A stretch of DNA of 64,000 nt from Haliotis rufescens (taxonomy: Eukaryota). Positions 10,979 to 22,391 of this stretch are shown in pieces. How positions within the stretch are numbered: the stretch's first letter is position 1; each line of letters begins with the position of its first letter. The notes under the pieces were generated by a model, which saw only the letters and a program-made list of their open reading frames with translations, did no database searches and was not told where the DNA came from. Made by a program: the position numbers and the translations under genes. The stretch covers positions 12,710,001 through 12,774,000 of the forward strand of contig NW_025964361.1 of NCBI RefSeq assembly GCF_023055435.1, read 5' to 3'.

Positions 10979-12270
10979 TTACAGTGTAGGCATTTTGTGA
11001 CGACAGTAGTTGTTGGAATTTAAAAAGAGTTGGTTTTGTACATAGTATTTCGGTAATAGACTTCTTATATCATTATAGAATGGGCATATCATACAAAAAT
11101 GGTATTCAGTTTCAACACAAGGTACGAAACACAATGGACAGAATCTTTCATTCGCACTTATACCAAGTGTACGTCCGTATTCAATCATAAGTCTATGGTT
11201 TGAACATCTAAATTTAATCAGAGCATTTCTATAAGGATGTACAATGACAAGTGATAGGTATTCTTCAAATTTAAAGACAGTCTTAACAGATTGGTACATT
11301 TTCAATTTAGAATATTTTGACAAATCCTCAAACCACATTTGGTAATCAATCTCTTTACAGCGTTCTTGGAACTCTGACAAAAAGGAAGTGATACAATTAA
11401 CATTTTGGTTTTTCCAAACAAATCCAAAACCATACTTAAATAAAAGCATTTTAACATTATATGCCCAACAACTCTTATCTAATTCAGCTAACCTATATTG
11501 AAAAGAATAGGCCTGCTGTAAAATCACATTATCTTGTTGATAAATTAATCTCAGCCAATACTTAATTATTTTGATGTACATCTTAGCTTTTAATGAAGAA
11601 TATCCAACTTCACCTCTAGCAACAACATTTGGTGTGTTTCTACCAAGACAGAGTAATTGCTTAAAGTAAGTATCATAAACACGGGTTGCGTCTGGCGATG
11701 GATGAAACCCCCAAATTTCAGATCCATAAGTCAACACAGGAAACAATTTAACATAAAAAATATACAGCAATACTTGCAATGATAAATTTCTAAAATTATT
11801 ACATTGGGAGCGCATTGTATTCAAAACCTTGGACATTTGAAAAGACAGAGTTTTCTGTGTTTTATACCAGGAACCACTGCTAGAGAACTGAACACCTAAA
11901 TATTTATAGGAAGGAACTATTTCTAATGGTCTATTGTCAAGATAAAACTTTTCATATTTCCTAAGTCTACCACCTTTTCTAAAAACAACTACTTTTGTTT
12001 TCTCAACATTAACACAGAGGCTCCATTTTTTACAATAAACAGAGAGTTTGTCAAGTCTTTTTTGTAGACCCTTTACTGTACTATCTGGTTTTGCTGTATG
12101 TATTATATCCATTAATGTCTACTTTATCTTCTTTATTCAACCAAGATTCCTCGAAACATGCTATATGATGTTTATTGATAAAATCTAAAGAAAGACTCTT
12201 TTGTATTAATCTCTTGAAACCTTCACAGTTCCACACTGACAGTTTTAGGCTGATATCTGTGCATAATGGA
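10979..12270 (-). pseudogene. RTE-X-like ORF2 remnant (APE N-terminus fused out of frame to RT thumb and C-terminal Zn finger)
   Basis: SVWNCEG...IACFEESW, then a jump at ~12085 to LQKRLDKL...VNVEKTKVVVF, YKYLG, YGSEIWG, KFRCSNHRL, CPLC...EYHF...CPFY. The YADD core is missing. Confidence 0.88.
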
Positions 12271-12284
12271 CGTTGGCCACGCCC

Positions 12285-14463
12285 CTAATCATCATCATTC
12301 GTATCTGTTGCTTCCGCTGATTCCATCACTGCTGCTGCGTTGTTTATACCACTCCTAGTGACTGGTGAGAATGTCTTTATGTGTATTAGGTTTTCATTTA
12401 TGTGATCAAATCTGTACAGTTTGTTATCAATTTGAATCTTATCATATCTCAGTACTGCATACTTCATTTTTTTTTTCATCTCTTGCCTTACCTAGAAACG
12501 TTTTCAACTTACGTCGGGTTTGTCGTACTTTTTCTGGAAAATCCTGAGAGACACCAAACTTCGATCCTTTCAGTTTGCTTGATCCTTTCAATATCGATTT
12601 TCTGTCAAGCGAATTTCAAATAGTCATGAGTACAGGTCTGGGTCCCAGTGATTTGGTAGGAAGTCGTCTGATGTCATCATATACAAAGTCTGTGGGTCTC
12701 AGTTCCATTTTGGTGATAACTTCTTTAACTTTATTTTCGATTTCGCTTGTGGTTTCGCCAGTAGATTCTTCAATATTATAGAATTGACGTAGCGCGCCTT
12801 TGGGGTGACGTAGCTTGTCTTTTGGGTGTACTACTTAATTGGGGGAATTAGCGGTAGCAGCGGTCACGACTGGCTATCACCTTTAAGGACAGAGAAGGCT
12901 GTTGAGTTGGTGGCGTTTATTGGTGGAAGCAGAGTGAAGTTTACACAGTAGTACATTTAATTGTAATGGCACGATAATATATGTAAGAGGTTGAGTCACA
13001 TTCATCTAATTGCATACATGTAATTATAACAATTCAATACGTGTACAACACGTACGATCATAATAATACAATCGGCATACAACCGGTAATAACATGACTG
13101 TAAAGATGTACAATATATTTGCTTAACGGATGGTTATTAAAAGGCATTAATTACGCGAAAATATGTCTGGTAGAAAACAGTAGAAAAACAGGTCACTCGT
13201 GGATATTCTGTTATAAGAGACAATATAAATACATGTTGGCCGACTCAGTTTTCAATGTTACTAAGTTGCAGGCAAATCATTGCTATGAGTATGTGTCACT
13301 GAATGTAGGAACGTACAAGTTATTGACATTGGTACACATACTCATATTGGGATGTTGCCGTGCAACTAGTATACTAATACTAATATATGTTCGCGAGAGG
13401 AAGTATTGTCTGGATATTAAGTCAATGATAATTTTCACAACGCTACGATATAGTCGTAATAGATCTAGCCTACATCTAACGTATTAAGATCGTAGCTGAC
13501 AAAATAAGTTAACAGTTAAGTAAATAGTGACTTACCTTGAAGGACAGAGAAGGCTGTTGAGTTGGTGGCGTTTATTGGTGGAAGCAGAGTGAAGTTTGCT
13601 ACCACCGACCGCCGTATATATACAACTCAGGCCTTCATTACGTTACATAACTAAAGATCACAACATCCCAGGTGTCAGCGGTTGATCGGCTGTAACAATG
13701 AGTGGGTGTGTCATTATTTACGGATTTATTCAAGTAGGTTGTTATATTGCCTAACTGACCCTTATATCACAGTCGGACTGACCATGTGTGCCGGCCCTGT
13801 GACGTGAAGTTACCTCACTAATCACTGGTTCTCAGAGAGAGTGACCCTTTGTGTCAGCCTGGCTGGGCAGACTTGCATAATGAGCCACTGTCTCACAGCT
13901 GGAGTGACCGTGAGTTTAGCCGCATATGTGAAACATAAAATATCTTGGATGCGGCGGTCAGTTAGTGCATTCGCTATACTGAATTTACTTTAAGAATAGT
14001 CAGATTAGTTTACCGATATAGGTTGATTGATATATATTTTCTAATAGGAATTTAGTGTTAGAAGAAAGCTATGACAGAATCTTAGATTATCTTTCTTGCT
14101 AAGTCCCTCCAGATATTCCACTTTATTTGATAGATTATTCACAGTGTCTTTCAGTTCTTTGTTTTCCTCCATCACCAATTGCATTTCTTTCAGTTCTTTT
14201 AGGACTTCAGAAGCAGAAAACTCTCCCTCAATCGTCAGTTGGCGGGTTTTTGGCGGGCCTGGGTTGGACTCAACATCGTTGCTAAGTGTCAACGTCAACA
14301 CAGACACAAACAAACAGAGACGCAGATATAACCTGGTGTTCTTCGGCACGTGCAGCACGTGCGGCCTCATGGCTCCTCGTCTAGCTCTTTTGAACATGAA
14401 GTTGATAAAGATTGAGTGAAAACAGCCGATTCTGGCTGTATAATCTGCAGTTTCACAGCTCAT
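12285..14463 (-). pseudogene. LINE ORF1 (2A-like leader, coiled coil, L1-type RRM/CTD), split by a solo LTR
   Basis: ...NDVESNPGP...VEYLEGLSKKDNLRF resumes across the insertion as YNIEES...PRPVL...VSQDFPEKVRQTRRKL...LRYDKIQIDNKLY. Confidence 0.8.
12785..14076 (-). mobile_element. Solo LTR (Gypsy-like), 1292 bp
   Basis: TG...CA ends with imperfect inverted repeat (tgacgtagc / gctatgaca). 4-bp TSD gaat at 12781-12784 and 14077-14080. Removing it restores the ORF1 frame. TATA and AATAAA on the minus strand. Confidence 0.85.
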
Positions 14464-15169
14464 CTACTAGACGTTGTTGATATGAGGAACTTCTCAAAAT
14501 GTTACCTTTGGTGGTAGATTGGTTTTGACGTTATTTCATTTTTTTCTCAGAGCGACAATTCTCTGCTGCTGCACTACACACCGCTAGGTGGCGCCCTCCC
14601 GATATTCTAGCCACTGATATTACATTGATACCATTTTCAAATCGTAGCCTGTATTAAAGAATATATTTTAGATCTTAAATCAGAGTATAACGGACAGCCT
14701 GAGCTGGAGGCGCGCGTGGATATGTTGACAGTTTTTACGTAGTTAGTGTGAAAACCGAATGTTTGCGAGGATTAATAAGATTTCTGAATTCAGTTACAAC
14801 AGTAACCATACAATCATGTATTTGTTGTATGATATATGTCTTATAATTATTTTAGGATGGAAGGTACAGTTACCAAATAAAATATGCTAAAATATCAATC
14901 CATTATGACCATATTTCATAATCTATTTTTAAAATTAACCCTCCTTACATTAAAGATATCTATTTAAAGAATATAGTACTTAAAGACATTGCAACAAACC
15001 GGATAATCAGGGGTGGGGTGGGGGTGGGGTGGGGGGGGGGGGGGGGGGGGGGGGGATTTTATTTCAGAACAGATTCACCTGGGGGGAATCTGTACCGGTA
15101 TAAAATCTCCGGTGGGAGAATTTGTACAGGGGAGAGTTTATACCGGGACGCCGCATTCAGGCTGACTGC

Positions 15170-16350
15170 CGACTTGTATAGGGGATTACCATTATTGGTC
15201 AGCGTGTCAATCTAGAAATGACACGCCATCCGTGAACTATACAGCAAGTGTTTGCACTATGACAGTATCATGAGCATGTGATGAAAATACTTCATTGTAA
15301 TCTTCACCATTATTAGAATCAAAATAAACTCTTTGTCTTTTCCTGTTGTCTCTGATATCTCTGACTCAGGGACATAATTTGTTGATGAAGAATATTTGGC
15401 AAGAGTTTTGCCAAGATTATTTGCAATGGCAGATTTATCAGTTATAAGTTTATCACTGTTTTTAAGACGGTGTACAGAAGATTTGAAACCTTTGCCATTT
15501 ATGTTTTTAACATGTACTATCCCATATGAAACAGCTTAGTTGATGTCATGAGGTTGAATATACCAGGAAAACACAATCTATCAATCAAAAGCGCTCCAGA
15601 TCGTTATATCGTAACATCCTTCATCTCACCAACTTTATCCTTTTCCTTTTTCCAAACGAAATGGTGATTACGAAGCTAAAGTATTGTCACCCTTAGCTTC
15701 CATGACAAAGAACCGAGGCCGAGTATCCTTTTCAGAATACAATAATCTTGTCACCGTTTCATCATCAGATGAATCAAGTTCAGAATCAGAATCAGAAAGT
15801 TGCCGGGTTGCTTTTTACACATAGATGTAGTTACTGTGGTTTAGCAATCCTGCTCCCTGCCCCACCATGGAGCACCAACAAGGGCGATGCCATACATAAG
15901 GGGAATTCCAGCGAACTAACATCATATACAGAAATATTATACTCCAGCAGAACAATAAAATCAACCAGATTGGTCGGAAAACTACCGTCTTCTTGGCATA
16001 TCGAGTTAGAAATTGAAATTATACGTTTGGAATTTAAGTAAAATATCATTTGGCCAAGACTAAAACCAAGTATGACAACATTTAGATATACTTGTGTGAA
16101 ACAATAATGACGAACAGGGTTTGGCATGACCAGGCGATTGATATCACCAGGCCCATCCTACCTCCCGTCAAGGGCAATGTAAGGGTCAAAGTGATATGTT
16201 GGACAAAGAACACTTTTGCCGGCTCTGGCGTCCTCAACCATAAGACTTCCTTTCTCTGCCGCCACAGTGATGCAACCCACAGCAAATAGGTTGCCCAATT
16301 CGCTCGCCTCTTTCGACCAGCAATGGGGTGCAGGGGACACATTCTACCCC
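15170..16350 (-). mobile_element. I/Nimb-type LINE 5' part with ~1.9-kb internal deletion
   Basis: Homolog of 27290-30365 lacking ~27630-29530. Junction near 15515. Confidence 0.75.
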
Positions 16351-16406
16351 ACTACTTGCCTGCTATTGTAGGCACTTACTCTAAGCACACTCCTCCAGAC
16401 ACCACT

Positions 16407-17543
16407 TTAGCCACTTTTCAGGTCTTCAAAATATTTTGTAAAAGTCTCTAGTATTATTGTTCCTTCCAAGTTATAAACATATAGATGCCCATGAGTTTCG
16501 CCTTCTGAGATACACATAATAGCTATTCCATCACGAAATGCTGTTAAAGTCATATCATTTTCAGAGTTTTCAGGGCACTTCATTAAAAACGTATCCAGGT
16601 TATTTGTAACGTTTCGCATGTATACTCTCGAATCTGTAAGACCGTAAATTAGAAGATCTTTCAAAATCACAAATTGTAACAAATGACATGGAGTCGAGAT
16701 ACTCGTAAGCATTTGCGGAATGACAGGGGGCTGGTGATTGTATATTACATAATACACATCGTACCTATACCTTCTGTTGACTTTCGTCAATTTGCACCAC
16801 ACGAACATCTTGTCCCTACTTCCTCCCATACGATAATTGCTGGCGACTATGCGCTCATTAACATAGGCAATAACAACTTTGGTTGGATTGTCAATCTCTG
16901 TTGCCATCAGTTGCCAGTTGGAATCCCGTCCTTGAAAGAAATAGATATGTTTATTACTTCTGTCATAATAAAGACCGCAGATTTCACCATAGCCCTCACT
17001 AACCAGCATTTTTAGAAAACGGCCAACAAGGGAGTGAAGTCGTATGCTGTAACTATCAGGCTGAACTATCAGAAGACAGGCACGCGAATCCACTGCCCAG
17101 TTCATGGGAGAATGTAAGCCAGCTATGCGTACCCAATTTGTTCCATTTGGGTCCAACACATATAAACCCATTTCAACTGTTTCCTCTCCGAAAAGTAAAT
17201 CAATTGAAGAGTCCATTCGAATTGTGAGCGGGATGCCAGTACATCTGGATCTTGGGGATAGAGCTGTCCTGTTAGAAGCCACACTTGGACTAACATGAAA
17301 TGAAGTATTTGTTTTTGTTGACCAGTTTCCTTCACTGCTGCTCGGGACTTAAGAACAATTCATTATTCCCGATTCATATACTATCGAACAGATAAAATTG
17401 CCAAAGTTCATGAAGGTACTTTGTAATAGGTAGTTGTTTGTTTTGCTTTCAAGTTGCAAATGTTTCCATTCAATACTTTCAGAAGGAGGCGTTTTTAATC
17501 AGAAACAGGCTACCATCACCACGACGTTTCTAAGGCTTTTCAT
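16407..17543 (-). pseudogene. Propeller gene copy 2, pseudogene
   Basis: Same 1137-nt span. Premature stops at codon 15 (TGC>TGA, ~17499) and ~codon 65 (TTT>TAA, ~17349). The remainder is open (291-aa ORF in the track). Confidence 0.85.
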
Positions 17544-19769
17544 GTTTATGTGTAAGGAGTTGAAAATCCAAACGGCGACTTCAGAATAAGTTTCAGGACA
17601 GAAGGTCTACACAGAATATTCCAATTAACTATGAAAGCCACAGAAATATATTTTATCAAACAGGAGCTTATCAGTGATTTAAAAATAAGCAAAATTCGTT
17701 TGCGATTGTTTATGCATTATCATTAGATCTGATCTCTAGATTTGCAATCATATGCTCAAAAGAAGAAAGAAGACGAAATAGCCAAATACAACTGTTCTGG
17801 CTGTATATTAACTCAACAGCCGATGCTGCAGCTGAAACAGCTCTATGCAAACCATTATCCTCACTTCTTGTCCCGTACATAGATATCAAAACAACCATCA
17901 AGCGTTATGCTCGGGGTCGTATGCAAAACAAAGGGGAACACCCTGGTGGGGATCAATAAACTTCACCAGTTTAAACCAACAATCGGTCACACCTACATGT
18001 ATGTGGGTATTCAGTAAAGACATGAAGACGTCATTTTGCGACGAGGTCCTGTTGGACACGATTATCTGTTTTACACAGATGATGACGAACCTCCTAAGTG
18101 TATACTTTTTAATGAAAGGTTCACCGTCAAGCAAGTTCTGCTTGACTGCACATGTGTGGTCTTGGCAATTGCAAGGGATTCCCATTATTAAACAGTAAGT
18201 CTGAAAGATCTTTTTTCCCCTGTGAGCGGGCTATCACCATCAACGTCTTGACAGAAATTAATCTGTATAATAAATTCTAAATATATATGGTAGTTATTAA
18301 AATGGGTGTGATGCCTTTTGTCAACAGAGATTATGGACTGCCCAGGAAGTTAGGAAGTGCCGTAAAATTATTATCCCTCTATGTGACACGTAGTTCCTAT
18401 CATAATTGATGTAATAATAATGTATAATCAACACATGTTTTGAGCCAACCTACTATAAGGCGTTTTTTTTTTAAAACATGTTAAATGAATAGCTTTTAAA
18501 TCGAACTTTTAAAATCGCACTAGTATATATATATATACTTGTATAACATGTTCTCATCATCGTGTGGCTGGAATAATTTCCACTCACTGACTTACTCACT
18601 TGATCGCTTTCATTATAGAAATATTCCAGCAGTTCAATCCTTTGGTGTCTACAATTTTGAGGTACAATCGATCATGCTCTGTCTACGAAGATTCCAAAGA
18701 GCGTTAAAGAAGTTGAACGTTGTTTTATCAAGAATACAATATTCGAGGCATAACTGATAAAAGTGATGTACGATCGAATTATCACCCAGTTCAATATTTG
18801 CAGATCCCCAGAAAGTTCTTAACGTTCACTTTATACAGTGTTTTTAAGAGATGGCCCATTAGCCAGATTCAGATAATGGGGAAGATTACAACAACAAAAA
18901 TCTCTTAATGAACTACATAATGTCCTTGGACATGCTCACGATACTGCTACAGGAGCTGATAACATACATTATCAAGTCCTGAAGCACTTACCAGAATCAT
19001 GTTTACAATCACTGTTGAATATTTTTGATGAAATTTGGACGTCAGGACACTACGTGGAAAGCAAATGACACTACATGGAAAGATGTACATGATTTTGGAT
19101 TGCGAGGCCGTTTGCCCTTTTTTAAATCCAATTGTTTAACAGACAGAAACTTTCAAGTCCGCTTGGGTACGGCGCTGCCCTGTCCGCTCATCATAATCAT
19201 GATCAGGGCGTCTCACAGGGCAGTATTTTATCTGTCATATTCAGCATAAAGATCAATAGTTTATCAAAAGTTATAATTTATTCAGTTGATGGATATTGCC
19301 TGTCGTGGTAAAAACATGGATACTATTGAAAGGCAACTCCAATTATGTTCATAAATGGCCACTCGAAAATGGTTTAAAGTTTTCTAAAACTTTTGCCAGC
19401 GCCACTGTCATTGGATCCAGGACTATCTCATCCAGATTACCTGATAGCAGTTCTATTTTAACAGAAGAAGCAAAAGCCATTTTAACAGCTCTTAAATATA
19501 TCAACAGCCAAACTAAACATAAACAGTTCATATTTTTCAGATTCTCTTTCTTGCCTCCGGGCTATTAAAAAACTTGTCTTGCTCACATCCACTTTTAATT
19601 AAAATTGTTGAATTCTTTAATTAATTTGCTTCTAGCCAATACGACATCGTTTTCTGTTACCCAGCCATGCTGGTATCATATGTAACACAGTGGCCTATGC
19701 TGCTGCAAAAGCAGCACTCAACAAATCTGTGACACCACTTCTAATCCCATACAGTGACGATAAACCTGT

Positions 19770-20449
19770 TATTACTTGTGAAGAGATCACCCGTTTACTA
19801 AACATACAGTTGTGTTACGCATTGTGTATTACCAAAACGCGTGCTTTTGCACTCTCGGAACACGTTTCACGAACAAATATTGAAAGCTCAAAACATCCCT
19901 TGGCTTATTTAACGACATTGCATGTGGAGTTGATATATCACTGAGAGGAGCTTATGCACACTTGATAACCCCAGCAACCCTGTTGCTAGGCTGACGTCAC
20001 ATGGCACTGTTTCGCCGATGGATCTTGCAACAAAATTCCACAAATTACGTCATCGGGTATTGTGACGTTATTGTAAACTTTGAGGTGCAAGGGCAGTTCC
20101 GTCTGTTAAAGTATGTGAGTTGCGATAGTCTTAGCCCTACGGTAATGTTGTGAATTCTAAAGGTGGACCATTATATGGTATTAAATTCATACGTTTTTTA
20201 ATTTTGGGCTTGTTTGAATGATTCTTCTGCTAAACTCAATTGGATTATGCCGTGGATCAACAGTATAATTCTAAAAACGTTATAAATGGCAAGTAATAAA
20301 TAAAGTACTAAACTCGCTTCCGTGTAAAACCAATTTTATGAAACTCGTGAATAGTTGTGGTATCTGACTCGCTTTCGCTATATCAGATACAACAACAATT
20401 CACTCGTTTTTTAAAAGTGTTATCACATAGGAGCTCGTTTAGTATTCTA
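19770..20449 (+). mobile_element. Non-autonomous hairpin-ended element (possibly Crypton-type); also at ~6363-6708 (deleted) and ~33851-34570
   Basis: Interrupts the LINE frame (DKPV|IRYYIRDLM), flanked by ttatta on both sides. ~65-bp-arm imperfect hairpin at the right end. Independent copies at 43691 and 58780. Confidence 0.65.
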
Positions 20450-21285
20450 TCTTTATTAGATATTACATCCGAGATCTGATGCATTTTTATATTGTGTTAA
20501 CTTATACTTTCTACTTGTAAACGTTCTCGACTAGTTTTAAATCGAATCGGTGATATTCTAGTTATTGTACTGTCCATGGATAACAGGTTTTATTCGTCTA
20601 AATATATGTATTACCAATGTATAACTTTTCGTCACGATATGGCTGAAATATTGCCGATGTGACGTTCAATATGAACTCACTCTCTATGTTTTAGTGTTGT
20701 TAAAATAGTGTTTGCTTCTACTGTGAATATGGAACTGTAATCTGGTAATCGTGAAGATACTGTTCTGGATCCAATATAAATATACATTTATAAGTGTCAT
20801 ATGTGTTTCTAAATTGCTTGTATTTCTGTATATTAAGTAGTGGGTTTGTGTCAGATTTTTTCAGTTTTGTTTATATCAAGTCGACATTTCACCTTACCAT
20901 TTGCCAAGGAGGTGATGAAAAGTGTTGAGAGGGAGCTATATCTTAACACTAGTATTAGAAGCAGAAATGACAGATTTAATTCTGAATCCAAGTGTTGAAA
21001 CAAGAGACTTTTGTAAATAACCCTTACATGCTCCACTATAGACGATGGAGCCGTAATCAAATTGGTAAGGGTTGTCTGATCTCCTCCCTACTTTGAATTA
21101 GATACAGCTTTCAACAAATCGGATGACATCAGAAATTTAGATCTAAGTGATTTTATGTGTAGTAAGAAAGTTAACTGGCTATCAAAGATGAGTCTCAAGA
21201 AGTTGGCCTTCTCTACAACTTTGATAGTAAATAATTAAGGGTCCTTGTGTGGCTTATATTTTCTTCACAAATGTATGTATAGTTA

Positions 21286-22391
21286 GTATCCGCCGTAGAA
21301 AATGTATGTTGTTCTAGGGGATACTTCTTCAATACACAACACAACTCCGTCTGCGGGTCCAGAACGTTTGATTGTGCATGGGAGCTTGACTAGCTGTTTC
21401 GTGTTCAGCCCCCAGATCTCAACTTCCAGCTCGCACCGGTCTTGATGGATATATCTCTCTCTAACAGTCATTACTATTCTTTATAAGGTAATACAGCTAT
21501 GCCATGTAGTATCTCGTCCACAACCCTCATGCCTCACGTGCAGTGGTCGCCCTGGTGATCTTACTCTTGGTCTTATAAGACAACAGCATGAAGTTGCAGT
21601 CCCACAACTCCAAGAGTATGTATGGCCGGCCTCCCGCATCCCTCACTAGCCCCCAGTGAAACAGCTGTCCAGTGCACGCCTGACCTGTGACCTGGTCACT
21701 CCCCCACGAGGGGTTTGCTTGAGGGAGAGGGGGAGGAAATGTGCGCTACTGCCCAGCGCACACTGCTCGCGGTACATTGTATATTACCGCATGTGGTATA
21801 CTGTATATCTCTCTTGAAATACTGTATACTGCATGTGATATCACCATGTATCCCGGGCTGTTACGTTTGGGATATCTGTCCTTCAAACACAGGAGTCTAT
21901 CAGTGGGTCCACAACACTTTATTTGTGATATGATAATTACAGCATCTATATGATTACGATTGTGGTGATGGGACAGACATGGCCAGGCAGCATATCAGAG
22001 GCATCAGAGAGCCAACCTGCCTAGCCGCTGTCCGAGGGTCAAGTCCCCAGTAACAGAAAGCGTACTATCTTTAACCCTCACTGTCAGACTGCCATGTATC
22101 GTGTTACGTAACATACATGGACAGCCTGCAGTATCCCGCACCTCATCCACAAAGTTAAGCTTCAGTGGCCAACCGGCCATTCTCTGGCACTAATTAGGAG
22201 CCACTGACCTGCACATGACTCCGTGACGTTGGCCATAGTAATAATAGCCCAGCTGCTGTTATAATTTGATTTGGGCAACGATGTGAATATTTATCTATAT
22301 ATACATTTAACTTATTTAACTCAGGGAATATATAAGACATATATATATTCCCTGATAAAACCTATACTCTGCCAAACTGCCTACGATATAC
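21286..22391. mobile_element. Unclassified 1.1-kb insertion with TA (or TAGT) duplication
   Basis: Absent at the homologous sites ~7365 and ~35404. Ends GTATCCGCCGTAG / CTACGATATAC. 14-bp subterminal hairpin at 22321-22355. Confidence 0.75.

Larger units (their letters stand above)
10790..14600 (-). mobile_element. RTE-X-like LINE, both ends present, internally deleted, private to one unit
   Basis: 15-bp TSD gatattc(a/t)agccact at 10775-10789 and 14601-14615. Empty site seen at ~27096 and ~40499. L1-like ORF1, APE start, RT C-terminus, 3' aataaactctctc tail. Confidence 0.9.

Noticed and set aside
10979-12112. 377-aa ORF as a functional RT or host gene
   Set aside because: It lacks the catalytic core, and its start comes from an out-of-frame deletion junction inside a TSD-flanked LINE.
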